A DNA stretch of 64,000 nucleotides from an uncultured Acidobacteriaceae bacterium (lineage in GTDB: Bacteria; Acidobacteriota; Terriglobia; Terriglobales; Acidobacteriaceae), in assembly GCA_963827005.1 (NCBI GenBank), contig CAWGZD010000007.1, positions 1,161,837 to 1,225,836 on the forward strand. The letters run 5' to 3'. Of this stretch, positions 20,400-30,569 are shown piece after piece. How positions within the stretch are numbered: the stretch's first letter is position 1; each line of letters starts with the position of its first letter. Made by a program: the position numbers and the translations under genes. The notes under the pieces are model-generated. The model saw only the letters and a program-made list of their open reading frames with translations, was not told the DNA's origin and made no database searches.

Positions 20400-22367
20400 T
20401 TACTTCCCCTCTTCCCCCACCCCCGCGGTCGGCAACACCCCCACAACAACCCCTGAAGCTTCTGCCTTCGTGTGATAAATGCGTTCGGTGGCTTTCACAA
20501 AGTCCGCCGGCGTAGCGTCAGGAATGTTGACGAAGGTCTGCGGGTTGCGGTCGGTGAGCGGGAACCATGAACTCTGGATCTGCACCATGATCCGGTGGCC
20601 GCGACGGAAGGTGTGGTTGACGTCCTGCATGTGGAAGTCAATCGTCTCCACCTTGCCGGGAGCGAAGGGCTCCGGCTTTTCGAAGCTGTGGCGGAACTTG
20701 CCGCGAAACGGCTCGCCCCGCACCAGTTGCTGGTACCCACCCATGGTGAAAGCAGGCGGAGGCACATCCGTCCGCGGCTTGCCGCGGTCCTCAGGCTTGG
20801 GCTCGTCCAACTTGCTATCCGGATAATCCGCGGGATACACGTCGATCAGCTTTACATCCCAATCGGAATCGGTTCCGCTGGTCGAAACAAAAAGCCGCGG
20901 CGAGATCGGACCGGCAATGGTCACGTCTTCCTGTAACACCGGCGTCTGATACACCAGCACGTCGGTTCGGCTCGACGCAAATCTCTGGTCTGAGAGCATG
21001 TATTCCTGCGGCACGTTGGTCGAGACATAATTCACAAACGGCACCGGCTTGGCCGGGTCGCTGACATATTCATCGTATGCGGGCGCATCCGAAGCGGGCG
21101 CATCGAAGGAAAGCACGCCGCCCGCGTGGAAATAAAGCGTCTTCGCCTCAACTTCTTTCGGAGGCCACGCTGAATAACGCCTCCAAACATTGGTGCCTGT
21201 CTCAAACACGTATGCTTTCGGAAGTTTCGCGTCGCTATTGCCCTTGAGATACTGCTCGAAAAATGGAAACAGAATATTTTTCCGGTAATAGTCGCCGGTA
21301 TTGGCTGCGAACTCCACCCGCCCCAAATGATCGCCGTCGTAACGTGCCCAACCCCCGTGAACCCATGGTCCAACCACTAGCGCGTTAAATATTCCGGAGT
21401 TATTTTTGTCGATCGCGTGGAACGTGCTGAACGGACCTTGCAGATCTTCGGCGTCGAACCATCCTCCAACCGTCAAGACGGCGCAATGGATGTTCTTCAT
21501 GTGTGGCGCCAGGTTGCGCACCTTCCAATAATCGTCGTAGGTATCATGGCGCATCTGGTCGTCGAACAGCGCGCTCTTGCCTTCAAGATATTTTGAAAGG
21601 TTCCCGATCGGGCCAACCTTCAGGTAGAACTCATAACCGTCCTTGGTGCCGTAATCGAAGGGAACAGGCGTCTTCGGCGGCAACTGCGGATTCTCCTGCG
21701 GCTTGAACGAACTATAGAAGCCAAAGTTCGCATTCAGCATGAAAGCCCCGCCGTGGTAAGCGTCGTCGCCCATGAAAAGATCGGTCATCGGAGCTTGCGG
21801 CGATGCCGCTTTGAGCGCCGGATGCGAGTCGATAATGCTGGCCGAGGTGAAGAAGCCAGGATACGAAATGCCCCAGATCCCGGCATTGCCGTTGTTATTG
21901 GGGACGTTCTTCAGCAGCCAGTCGATGGTGTCGTAGAGATCGCTCGCGTCGTCCACATCCTGCTTGGATTTCTTGTTGTCGATGTGCGGACGCATTTCGA
22001 CAAACGTTCCCTCCGACATGTAGCGGCCGCGAACGTCCTGGTTGACGAAGATGTATCCCGCCTTGTCGAAGTCAACCGAGGGCCCGAGGCGCGTGCGGTA
22101 CAGATCCACGCCATACGGCGCCACGCTGTAAGGCGTTCGATTGATCAGAAATGGGTAGGTGCGGGAGGTGTCCTTCGGCACGTAGATGGAAGTGAAGAGG
22201 TGCACGCCGTCCCGCATGGCGATTCTGTACTCGTACTTCGTATAGTGCTCCTTGACGTCGAACTCCGGCGCGTCCGGTTTGCTTTGGGCGGCAAGACCGG
22301 CCGTAATTGCCAGGATGACGAGAATCGGGTTGAGCAGAATCGCGAACTTTATTTTGCAGCCGGGCAT
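20400..22367 (-). CDS. CocE/NonD-family hydrolase (X-Pro dipeptidyl-peptidase S15 family), secreted
   Basis: The start is taken at MPGCKIKFAILLNPILVILAITAGLAAQ (AAGGAG 5 nt upstream). It has a GISYPGF nucleophile elbow and a C-terminal beta-sandwich domain. Confidence 0.85.
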   Translation of the reverse strand: MPGCKIKFAILLNPILVILAITAGLAAQSKPDAPEFDVKEHYTKYEYRIAMRDGVHLFTSIYVPKDTSRTYPFLINRTPYSVAPYGVDLYRTRLGPSVDFDKAGYIFVNQDVRGRYMSEGTFVEMRPHIDNKKSKQDVDDASDLYDTIDWLLKNVPNNNGNAGIWGISYPGFFTSASIIDSHPALKAASPQAPMTDLFMGDDAYHGGAFMLNANFGFYSSFKPQENPQLPPKTPVPFDYGTKDGYEFYLKVGPIGNLSKYLEGKSALFDDQMRHDTYDDYWKVRNLAPHMKNIHCAVLTVGGWFDAEDLQGPFSTFHAIDKNNSGIFNALVVGPWVHGGWARYDGDHLGRVEFAANTGDYYRKNILFPFFEQYLKGNSDAKLPKAYVFETGTNVWRRYSAWPPKEVEAKTLYFHAGGVLSFDAPASDAPAYDEYVSDPAKPVPFVNYVSTNVPQEYMLSDQRFASSRTDVLVYQTPVLQEDVTIAGPISPRLFVSTSGTDSDWDVKLIDVYPADYPDSKLDEPKPEDRGKPRTDVPPPAFTMGGYQQLVRGEPFRGKFRHSFEKPEPFAPGKVETIDFHMQDVNHTFRRGHRIMVQIQSSWFPLTDRNPQTFVNIPDATPADFVKATERIYHTKAEASGVVVGVLPTAGVGEEGK

Positions 22368-22529
22368 GCGTCTCCTTTTCCAAGAAAACCAACTAGGCAA
22401 GCTATCCTTCAAAGCCGCTGGCCGTCAAGCCGGATCGCGGCTGGAACCGGAGCGGCGGCGCGGTACAATAAGATGTTTCGCTTTAGACCGCGGTCCGGCC
22501 TGTATTCAAGCGGTGCCGCTGAGGGATGC

Positions 22530-22907
22530 ATGTTCGAAGTAACCGTTGACGATACTTTTGCCGCAGGACACTACCTGCGCAACTACAAAGGCAAGTGCGA
22601 GAATCCGCACGGGCATAACTACAAGATCCGGGTCACGCTGGCCGGGGCCGAGCTCGATAAGGCCGGACTCCTGCTCGATTTCAAAGACCTGCGCGAGGTC
22701 ATGAAGCATGTGATCGACCGGCTCGATCACCAGATGATCAACGACATCGAGCCCTTTACCGTAATTAACCCCTCGGCAGAGAATCTGGCCAAGTATTTTT
22801 ACGACGAAGCAAACGCCCGGCTGAAAAGCGTAACCAATGGCCGCGTGCACGTAAAAGACGTAACCGTGTTCGAGACCGACACGACGACAGCGAAATACAG
22901 CGAGTAG
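22530..22907 (+). CDS. queD: 6-carboxy-5,6,7,8-tetrahydropterin synthase QueD
   Basis: MFEVTVDDTFAAGHYL..CENPHGHNYKIRV. Only the last 125 codons of the long ORF 21753-22907 are real. Confidence 0.9.
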   Translation: MFEVTVDDTFAAGHYLRNYKGKCENPHGHNYKIRVTLAGAELDKAGLLLDFKDLREVMKHVIDRLDHQMINDIEPFTVINPSAENLAKYFYDEANARLKSVTNGRVHVKDVTVFETDTTTAKYSE

Positions 22908-22914
22908 CAAGAGC

Positions 22915-23040
22915 GGTGGTCAGTGGCTAGTGGTCAGTGATTAACGATCGACGTCCGATGATCAGCGGCTGCATTCAGACTCGGGAGCCGCAAGCTAAAC
23001 AGATTTCTTCCGACCACTGATCACTAGCCACTGACCACTG
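22915..23040. repeat. long inverted repeat (about 24-bp stem, about 70-nt loop) built from GGTCAGT/GGCTAGT heptamers, between queD and queE
   Basis: Left arm ggtggtcagtggctagtggtcagtgat (22915-22941). Right arm gaccactgatcactagccactgaccactg (23012-23040). 17 nt are perfectly complementary and 6-7 more pair after one mismatch. Confidence 0.75.
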
Positions 23041-23046
23041 TTTTCC

Positions 23047-23730
23047 ATGCAGATCACCGAGATCTACAAATCGCTGCAAGGTGAATCTACTTACGCCGGC
23101 TTGCCCTGCGTATTCGTCCGCCTCACCGGATGCAATCTGCGTTGCTCCTGGTGCGACAGTGAGTACACGTTCCAGGGCGGCCACAAGATGACGTCCGAAG
23201 AAGTCCGCGACGAAGTAATGCGCCTCAGCCCCAACCGCGGCCTGGTCGAGATCACGGGCGGCGAGCCCATGCTGCAAGAACGCGAACTCGTTCCTCTGAT
23301 GCGGCAACTGCTCGACACCGGCTATCGCCTTCTGCTCGAGACCAGCGGAGAGCGCCCGCTCGATCGCGTTCCCCCGGAGGTCATCAAAATCGTCGACGTA
23401 AAGTGTCCAGACTCCGGCGCGGCCGGTACATTTCACCTCGAGAATCTCAAGGCCCTGACCGCGCACGACGAAATCAAGTTCGTCCTGAGCAGCCGGCAGG
23501 ACTATGAATTTGCCCGCGAATTCACCCGCCAGCATCGTCTCGCCGACCGCGTAAATGCAGTCCTGTTCTCGCCCGCTTTTCGCAAAGATGCCACCGGTGC
23601 ACGCGATAGTTCCCACTGCCTGCTCGATCCCCAGGAATTAGCCGAGTGGATGCTTGCCGATGACGTTCCCGCGCGCCTCGGACTCCAATTGCACAAGTTC
23701 ATCTGGGATCCGGCCGTGAAAGGAGTCTAG
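23047..23730 (+). CDS. queE: 7-carboxy-7-deazaguanine synthase QueE (radical SAM)
   Basis: [33 protein letters not shown] (CxxxCxxC cluster). Confidence 0.9.
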   Translation: MQITEIYKSLQGESTYAGLPCVFVRLTGCNLRCSWCDSEYTFQGGHKMTSEEVRDEVMRLSPNRGLVEITGGEPMLQERELVPLMRQLLDTGYRLLLETSGERPLDRVPPEVIKIVDVKCPDSGAAGTFHLENLKALTAHDEIKFVLSSRQDYEFAREFTRQHRLADRVNAVLFSPAFRKDATGARDSSHCLLDPQELAEWMLADDVPARLGLQLHKFIWDPAVKGV

Positions 23731-23743
23731 AATCGTTCCACAC

Positions 23744-24451
23744 ATGACTCCATCCACTCAGCGCGCCGTTGTTCTGCTTAGCGGAGGCATGGACTCCTGC
23801 GTGTGCGCAGCCCTCGCCGCCCGCGACTACGATGCCGCGGCCTTGCACGTCAGCTACGGTCAACGCACCGAAGACCGCGAGCACCAATCCTTCCTGTCCA
23901 TTTGCCAGCGCCTCAACATTCAGCAGAAACTCCTCGTGCGCAACGAATCCCTTCGCGCCATCGGAGGCTCCGCCCTCACCGACGAAAGCATTGCCGTGCC
24001 CACCGCGGACTCGCCCGATCACCCCATCGGCCACGACATCCCCGTCACCTATGTGCCCTTTCGCAACGCCCATTTCCTCGCCGCCGCCGTAAGCTGGGCC
24101 GAGGTCCTCGGAGCCTCGAAAATCTTTATCGGCGCCGTGGAACCGGACAGTTCCGGTTACCCCGATTGCCGCCCCGCCTACTACGACGCCTTCAACCAGG
24201 TCATTAAAACCGGCACAAAAGATGGAACCATCGAAGTGCTTACCCCGCTCATCCACCTCCGGAAAGCCGAAATTGTGCGCTTGGGCCTTGAATTGGGCGC
24301 GCCATTCGATTTAACTTGGTCATGCTACAGCCGCCAGGATCGGGCGTGCGGCGTCTGTGACAGTTGCGCGTTGCGGCTGCGCGCGTTTGCGGCCGCGGGA
24401 GCCGCCGATCCAATTCCGTATGCGACCACGCACCAGCATTCAACACTCTAG
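23744..24451 (+). CDS. queC: 7-cyano-7-deazaguanine synthase QueC
   Basis: [12 protein letters not shown]-loop and a C-terminal Zn site [18 protein letters not shown]. Confidence 0.9.
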   Translation: MTPSTQRAVVLLSGGMDSCVCAALAARDYDAAALHVSYGQRTEDREHQSFLSICQRLNIQQKLLVRNESLRAIGGSALTDESIAVPTADSPDHPIGHDIPVTYVPFRNAHFLAAAVSWAEVLGASKIFIGAVEPDSSGYPDCRPAYYDAFNQVIKTGTKDGTIEVLTPLIHLRKAEIVRLGLELGAPFDLTWSCYSRQDRACGVCDSCALRLRAFAAAGAADPIPYATTHQHSTL

Positions 24452-24471
24452 TTGTGCGCCGGGAGGCCAAG

Positions 24472-25641
24472 ATGAAGAAGCATTTTGCGATACAATCGTT
24501 CGTTTTCGTTCTCTTAATGCTGGGACTGTGCGCGCCTCCGGGGTTCTCCCAGGCTTCGGCTACCGTCAAAGGCGTTTGCAAAGACGCCGACGGTAAGGCC
24601 ATTCCTGACGCCATCGTCGTCTACGCCAACCAGGATAATGGCCAGAAATATACCCTCAAGACCAACAAGAAAGGCGAGTATTTCTCCCTTGGCCTCGCCG
24701 CTGGCACCTACAACGTCATACTCTACCGCAATGCGGATGACGCCAAGGCCAACAAGGAACTCTTCCACTTCAACAAATATACGCTCCCTCTGGGCGACCA
24801 TCCCGACCTTGACTTCGACTTGAAGCAACAAGCCGCCGACGCCGCCAAGGGCCAGGGCCTCACTCCGGAACAAATCAAGGCTCGCCAGGAGGCCGAAGAA
24901 AAGGCCAAGAAGGAAAGCACCACCATTAAGAGTCTGAATGAAAAGATCGTCGCCGCCAGTACCGCCATGAAGGCTGGAGACTTCGACAGCGCCATCGCTA
25001 CCCTCACCGAAGCTACCCAGATGGATGCGACGCGCGACGTGATCTGGGGCCTGCTTGCCGACGCCTACCGCGGTTCGGCCTTGAAGCAGACCGATCCGGC
25101 CGAAAAGACGAAGCGCTTGCAGGAAGCCATCACCGACTACCAGAAAGCGATCGAACTCCGGCAGAAGGCCATGGAAACGAAGAAGGATCCCACCGATAAC
25201 CAGAGATTGGCCGCCTATTACAACAATCTCGGCGAAGCTGCCAGCAAGGCGGGCAAAATCGATGACGCCGTAAAGGCCTATTCCCAGGCGGCCACCTTGA
25301 ATCCCGAAGGCGCTGCAGGTTATTACTACAACGCTGGCGCAGTGTTGACCAATGCCGGCAAGGTCGACGACGCCATCGCCGCCTTCGATAAGTGCATCGC
25401 CGCCGATCCCACCAAGGCCGATGCTTATTACCAGAAGGGCGTGAACCTCATCGGCAAGGCCACACTACAAGGCGACAAAATGGTCGCGCCCCCGGGCACG
25501 GCGGAAGCCTTCAATAAATATCTCGAACTCGCCCCCACTGGCCCCTACGCCGACGTAGCCAAGCAGATGCTCGCCAGCATCGGCGCTCCAGTGGAAACCG
25601 GCTTCGGTGCGAAAAAGAAAGCCGCCCCAGCCAAAAAGTGA
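24472..25641 (+). CDS. secreted carboxypeptidase-regulatory-like domain + TPR repeat protein
   Basis: Signal peptide MKKHFAIQSFVFVLLMLGLCAPPGFSQA, a CarboxypepD_reg-like beta domain (VKGVCKDADGKAIPDAIVVYAN..KKGEYFSLGLAAGTYNV), then TPR-like A-Y-Y-N/G repeats. Confidence 0.75.
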   Translation: MKKHFAIQSFVFVLLMLGLCAPPGFSQASATVKGVCKDADGKAIPDAIVVYANQDNGQKYTLKTNKKGEYFSLGLAAGTYNVILYRNADDAKANKELFHFNKYTLPLGDHPDLDFDLKQQAADAAKGQGLTPEQIKARQEAEEKAKKESTTIKSLNEKIVAASTAMKAGDFDSAIATLTEATQMDATRDVIWGLLADAYRGSALKQTDPAEKTKRLQEAITDYQKAIELRQKAMETKKDPTDNQRLAAYYNNLGEAASKAGKIDDAVKAYSQAATLNPEGAAGYYYNAGAVLTNAGKVDDAIAAFDKCIAADPTKADAYYQKGVNLIGKATLQGDKMVAPPGTAEAFNKYLELAPTGPYADVAKQMLASIGAPVETGFGAKKKAAPAKK

Positions 25642-25678
25642 GCTGAAGTCCCCACGGGCATTGATTCGGATGGATAAG

Positions 25679-25704
25679 GCGGCCTAACGGGCCGCCCTTT
25701 TTTC
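25679..25704 (+). terminator. Rho-independent terminator after the TPR gene
   Basis: GGCGGCC-taacg-GGCCGCC stem followed by TTTTTT. Confidence 0.6.
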
Positions 25705-25924
25705 AGTCCTCAGGTCGCATCAATCGACCCCGCACGGAAAGTGGGGTAACTGAGAACTGAGAACTGCCTTCCAGTTACCAAGGGCTATGTCCTATCCGTC
25801 CTTACCTTTTGCCCATCCGCGCTGGTAAAGTATGGGTAACCGGCTGACTTCGGTTGGCCCCGTACTCCCTTTCTGTGGTGCTTGCAATTCCCTAAGAATC
25901 GGCACAGCTTCGTGCGAGGATGGA

Positions 25925-27070
25925 ATGGCATCACCTGGCATCGCCGCAATTTCAGTTTCTTTGGAAGGTTATTCCGGCAGCGGCAAAGTAGCTACGCCCG
26001 CCCTGCTGGGAGCAATGCTGCGCGCATCTGAAAAGATCAGCGATTTGATCTTTTCTCCCGGACGCCCGCCCCAGGTTCAGGTTTACGGCCAGCTTATCCC
26101 GGTGCAGGTGCCCGGACTCGCAACCCTGACCCCCGACGATACCCGCCACATCGCCGCTGATCTGATCGGCGATAACAAACAAGCCGTCGCCACCCTCCGC
26201 GAACACGGATCGTGCGACATTTCCTACGGCTTGGCCGGCGTGGCCCGCTTTCGCGTCAATATTTTCATCCAGCGCGGCAGTTGCGCCGTCGTCATGCGCG
26301 TCATTCCCACCGCCATCCCTGATTTTGCTTCGCTCCGCCTGCCTTCGCACCTGGCCGATGTATCCAAGTTGCGCGATGGCATCGTCCTGGTCACCGGACC
26401 CGCCGGCTCCGGTAAGTCCTCCACTCTCGCCGTGCTGCTCGATTGCATCAATCGCGAGAAAAACTATCACATCATCACCATCGAAGATCCCATCGAGTTC
26501 CTGCACAACCACAAAAGTTCCACCATTCATCAGCGCGAACTGCATAGCGACACTCCCAGCTTCTCGCACGCCCTGCGCTCCGCCCTGCGGCAGGCGCCCA
26601 AAGTGATTCTGGTCGGTGAGATGCGCGACCGCGAAACCATCGAGAGCGTGCTCGAAGCCGCTGAAACCGGCCACCTCGTGCTCTCCAGCCTCAATACCAT
26701 GGATGCCCCCAAGACCGTCGAACGCATCATCAGTTCGTTCTCGCCCGGCGAACAGCAGAGTGCCCGGGACCGCTTTTCCAAGACCTTCCGCCTCATCATC
26801 TGCCAGCGCCTTCTGTCCAAAGCGGATCGCAGCGGCCGCGTCCCCGTCGCCGAAATCCTGAAAGCCAATCCCCGCACTCGCGAATGCATCGAAAAAGGTG
26901 AGCGCGATGGCAAGACCTTGCTCGACGCCATGAAGGCCGGCGCCGCTGAAGGCATGCAACACTTCGACGGCGAGATCGCCCAACTCGTCCGCGACCGCAT
27001 CGTCGACCTCGAAACCGGCCTCTCCTACGCCAGCAACCCCACCATCCTCGGCCAGGAACTCGCCCGATAA
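25925..27070 (+). CDS. pilT: type IV pilus retraction ATPase PilT family
   Basis: SDLIFSPGRPPQVQV, Walker A GPAGSGKSST, Walker B ILVGEMRD, and LVLSSLNT. The start is chosen at the ATG with GAGGA upstream. Confidence 0.85.
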   Translation: MASPGIAAISVSLEGYSGSGKVATPALLGAMLRASEKISDLIFSPGRPPQVQVYGQLIPVQVPGLATLTPDDTRHIAADLIGDNKQAVATLREHGSCDISYGLAGVARFRVNIFIQRGSCAVVMRVIPTAIPDFASLRLPSHLADVSKLRDGIVLVTGPAGSGKSSTLAVLLDCINREKNYHIITIEDPIEFLHNHKSSTIHQRELHSDTPSFSHALRSALRQAPKVILVGEMRDRETIESVLEAAETGHLVLSSLNTMDAPKTVERIISSFSPGEQQSARDRFSKTFRLIICQRLLSKADRSGRVPVAEILKANPRTRECIEKGERDGKTLLDAMKAGAAEGMQHFDGEIAQLVRDRIVDLETGLSYASNPTILGQELAR

Positions 27071-27118
27071 CAGGCGGCTTGTACAGGAATCTCAGGCATG
27101 TTTGAAGATCGCACGCTG

Positions 27119-29962
27119 CTATTGCAGCTTCGCGTACTCGGCTTTTGCGTCTTTGAGGATGGGGATGTCAGGGTCGGCGTCTTTCCACAACGCCAGGAAA
27201 TCCTGATACGCGGCGCGTGCCCTTACCCTATCGCCCTGCATCGCATAGGCACGGGCAAGACCGGCGCGCGCCAGGGCGCCTATTAAGTTGTTGGTGATGA
27301 CGCCGGGATGATCGATTATCTTCTGAAACTCAGCCGCCGCCGCTGACCCCTGGTGAGCCGCCAGATACGCCTCTCCGGCTAAATAAGCCGAATAAAGAGG
27401 GAGACCGTGGTCCCCCAGTTCGTACTGCCGGGCCGGGGCCAGGATTTTTATCACGCGATCACTGCTCGCCGCCATGGGCAGCGCTGCTGCCCGAATCGTC
27501 GGCAGATATACAAACTGCATGATCGTATCCTCAGGGAACTCGCTGGCCAGTTCGTCCGCCAAGCGCCCGGCCTGAGCAGAATCACCAGCCACGCCGAACG
27601 CGACCGCGGCTAAAGTTCTTACGTCTCTGCCGTTGGCCAGCACAAGCGCCGCTTGGGCCCGCTGCTTCGCCAATGCCTGGTTGCCGGCCAACGCTTCCCG
27701 CAAGGCTCCTGTGGCCTCGAATAGTGCAGCCGCCTCGTCCCCGTCGGTGCGCCGCGCAGCCTCCACCGCGCGTCGCGTAAGCTCGCGTGCCTTTGAAAAC
27801 TGCCCACCGTAGGCGCTTGTGTTCGCTTCCGCGAGGAGTGTGGCCGGTACGTAACCCGGATCACCCATCAGGGCAGTCGCCTCGCGCTCCATGCCGGCGC
27901 TATCGCCCTGCACAAAGTACAAGTCGTAAAGGATTTCATGAATCCCTGAATTGTCGCCATTTTGTCGCAAGGCTTCTCGTGATACCGCCATCACTTGATC
28001 GAGGCGGTTAAGTACGAGGTTTTCCTGAGCAAGATTTTCGTAGGCAATTAGACTTCCGGACTCGAGTTGCAGACTCTGCTGCGTCGCCGCCAGGCTTCTC
28101 TCATGGTCGCCAAATTGGGCATAGATGTCGCCCAGGTTGCCGATCGGGACCGGATCGCGCGGGTAGATTTGCACCCACAGCTCATAGGTTGAGCGGGCCG
28201 CCTCCAGGTTCCCGGTTACAAGTTCCTGGTAGTGTGAAACCAGGTAGAGTTTTTCGCGTTCGCTCACCTGCTCGCGTAAATCGTAGGCCTTGCGTATGAA
28301 CTCCGACGCTTGCTTCCCCTGCCGTTGCGTGTAGTAACTATTTCCCAGCCGAACGTAGGCCATGGCAAAACGAGGGTCCAAGTCGATGGCTCGCCGAAAA
28401 AACGAGATAGCTCCATGGTAGTCACCCTTGAAGTTCTGCGCTTGAAAACCCAGGCTGTAGGCCTTCAGTGCTTCCATTGACGGCGTCGTGACATTTTCTG
28501 GCGGGGCATCAAATTTCTGCACCGAAGTCAACGATTCCCCCAGCCTGCTGCGAAGGTCCGACGCTAACTTACTCAGGGCCTCGAGCACGTGGTTCTTGTC
28601 GCCGGCCTGCGCTTCCGTGCTGGCCAGCGTTTCCCCGTTCGAACAGTTGACCGCCTTCAGGCTCAGAAGATATTGCGTGCCAATCTGAGCGATCGAGCCG
28701 TCCAGAACTGCCGCACTGCCCGTGCGCTGGCAGACCTCGCGGCCCAACTCATGCGTCAACCGAGCATCTTTCGGCTGCGACATTAGCGCCAGAGTCTGCG
28801 AAATGCGCTCATCGGAGAGCAGACTCAGAAAGGGCGATTGCTCCAGTTGAGCCGAAAGCCCTTGCCGCAGTGCATCATCGAAAACTGCGTCTCCCGTGGT
28901 GTTGGCAAAGTCGGCGAGAACAATGGTGTCCTTCGCGGTCAGCTTTGGCGCGCGATGAAGGTAGAAGTAACCGCCGGCTGCGAGGACCACCACAGCCAAT
29001 GCAACCGAGAGCCCGACCTTCCAGTGCTTTCGCGGGTCAGTGTTGGCTTCGCGCATTGACGCTGCGGATATCCGCGCTGACTCCGTGTCACGCTTCAACC
29101 GCTGCAGGTCGGCACGAATGTCTGCCGCGTGCTGGTAGCGCAAGCTGCAGTCCTTCTCCATCGCCTTCCGGATTACTGCCTCTAGAGCCGGCGCAACCTT
29201 TGCGCTTATCCGTGATGGCGGAGGCGGCTCCTGGTGAAGAATCGCGCCGCATATCTCCCCTGCGCTCCCCGCATCAAATGGCGGCCTGCCGGTTGCCATC
29301 TCATACAGCGTCGCTCCGTAAGAGAACAAGTCGGTTCGGGCATCGAGCTCTTTGGCCCGCACCTGTTCCGGCGACATGTAAGCCACCGTGCCCAACAAGG
29401 CGCCCTCGCTCGTCAGTTGTGAGGCGTCGGAGTCGAGCGTAACGGTTACTGAATCGCTTCCCGCAGACGCCGTCTTGGCCGTCATCTTCGCCAGTCCGAA
29501 GTCGAGAATCTTGGCGTGGCCCGCCTGGGTCACAAAGATGTTCGCTGGCTTGATATCGCGGTGAATAATTCCGGCCGCGTGCGCCGCATCGAGCCCATCG
29601 GCGATTTCAATGGCCACTGGAAGCAAAGTCTCCGTTTCCAGCGGGTGCCCGGCAATGCGATGCTTCAGCGTCATGCCCTGCAAAAACTCCATGGCGATGA
29701 ACTGGCGGTCGTTTAGTTCGCGATCCTGGTGATGCCCGATCTCATAGATCGTGCAGATGTTCGGGTGGTTCAGCGCGGAAGCCGCACGGGCTTCCCGGCG
29801 GAAGCGGTCCAGGGCCTGCGGGTTCTGCGCAACGTTGTCAGGAAGGAATTTCAGGGCAACGAAGCGCCCAAGATCAAGGTCTTCGGCTTTATAGACCACC
29901 CCCATCCCCCCGCCGCCGAGTTTTTCGACGATGCGGTAGTGCGAAATGGTCTCCCCAATCAT
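27119..29962 (-). CDS. Hanks-type Ser/Thr protein kinase with TM segment and long TPR C-terminal region
   Basis: [42 protein letters not shown] segment ([18 protein letters not shown]) is followed by about 550 aa of TPR-like repeats. Confidence 0.9.
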   Translation of the reverse strand: MIGETISHYRIVEKLGGGGMGVVYKAEDLDLGRFVALKFLPDNVAQNPQALDRFRREARAASALNHPNICTIYEIGHHQDRELNDRQFIAMEFLQGMTLKHRIAGHPLETETLLPVAIEIADGLDAAHAAGIIHRDIKPANIFVTQAGHAKILDFGLAKMTAKTASAGSDSVTVTLDSDASQLTSEGALLGTVAYMSPEQVRAKELDARTDLFSYGATLYEMATGRPPFDAGSAGEICGAILHQEPPPPSRISAKVAPALEAVIRKAMEKDCSLRYQHAADIRADLQRLKRDTESARISAASMREANTDPRKHWKVGLSVALAVVVLAAGGYFYLHRAPKLTAKDTIVLADFANTTGDAVFDDALRQGLSAQLEQSPFLSLLSDERISQTLALMSQPKDARLTHELGREVCQRTGSAAVLDGSIAQIGTQYLLSLKAVNCSNGETLASTEAQAGDKNHVLEALSKLASDLRSRLGESLTSVQKFDAPPENVTTPSMEALKAYSLGFQAQNFKGDYHGAISFFRRAIDLDPRFAMAYVRLGNSYYTQRQGKQASEFIRKAYDLREQVSEREKLYLVSHYQELVTGNLEAARSTYELWVQIYPRDPVPIGNLGDIYAQFGDHERSLAATQQSLQLESGSLIAYENLAQENLVLNRLDQVMAVSREALRQNGDNSGIHEILYDLYFVQGDSAGMEREATALMGDPGYVPATLLAEANTSAYGGQFSKARELTRRAVEAARRTDGDEAAALFEATGALREALAGNQALAKQRAQAALVLANGRDVRTLAAVAFGVAGDSAQAGRLADELASEFPEDTIMQFVYLPTIRAAALPMAASSDRVIKILAPARQYELGDHGLPLYSAYLAGEAYLAAHQGSAAAAEFQKIIDHPGVITNNLIGALARAGLARAYAMQGDRVRARAAYQDFLALWKDADPDIPILKDAKAEYAKLQ

Positions 29963-30569
29963 TGGATTGAAATCTTAGGGCTGAGGCTGGAGCAAGTCAA
30001 CGAAGGCGAAGAAGTTGGTGCCTTCTCGAAACGATGGTGGTTGAAAAATCTCCATTACGCTCACTGACCAGGTGACCGGGATTTTGAGTGAACGCCGGAT
30101 TTCAACGGTTACCTTCCGGTTCGCCATCAACTGGGAGCCGTCGTGATCACTTGTTGAGGTTGCGGGAATAAATCAGAAGGAGACCCTCTGAGCATCGCTC
30201 GATGATTGCCCTAGCAGCTTGGTGGAACATCTCCCATGGCGGGGTGATGGCTATTCAAACCGTGGAAGCGCGGATTCACGGGCGTCCACCGGAACTTTGC
30301 TGATGTGATCGTAGCCCTTGTGATCGGAGTCGTCCTGTTAGCGCTTCTGCCCGCAAAACGAGAGGCAGTCACGCCAGGAGTTGCGTGAACGAGCGCAGAA
30401 ATCCCACTCGTCTTCTTTTCACGGGTTCTCCCCGATTGGATGACAGTGGTAGCAGCGGCCCTGAGGCAGACTGGCGTTAAATCCCCATAGCACTCATTGA
30501 CCGGTTCCTTGAGCAATCCACGCCGCGCTCCGGCGCCCGCGTAGCCCTCGCTTGCACTATCATCTCCCC

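Noticed and set aside
21753-22529. N-terminal 259 codons of the long ORF 21753-22907
   Set aside because: This part is antisense to the S15 peptidase gene. Only the last 125 codons (QueD, starting at 22530) are real.
22413-22529. preQ1 riboswitch upstream of queD
   Set aside because: I could not find the conserved preQ1-I/II core sequences or a compact hairpin-plus-A-rich tail in this leader.
18325-24451. DinG-like helicase + queDEC as a 7-deazaguanine DNA-modification (Dpd-like) system
   Set aside because: There is no TGT/DpdA-like transglycosylase or other dpd gene. The helicase is separated from queD by a convergent peptidase gene. The simplest reading is ordinary queuosine precursor biosynthesis.
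25952-26983. 343-aa ORF antisense to pilT
   Set aside because: It is a shadow ORF with Gly/Ala/Asp low complexity. The PilT Walker motifs are on the plus strand.
30000-30569. Moco riboswitch upstream of moeA
   Set aside because: I could not recognise the conserved Moco-motif elements by eye. This needs a covariance-model scan before any claim.
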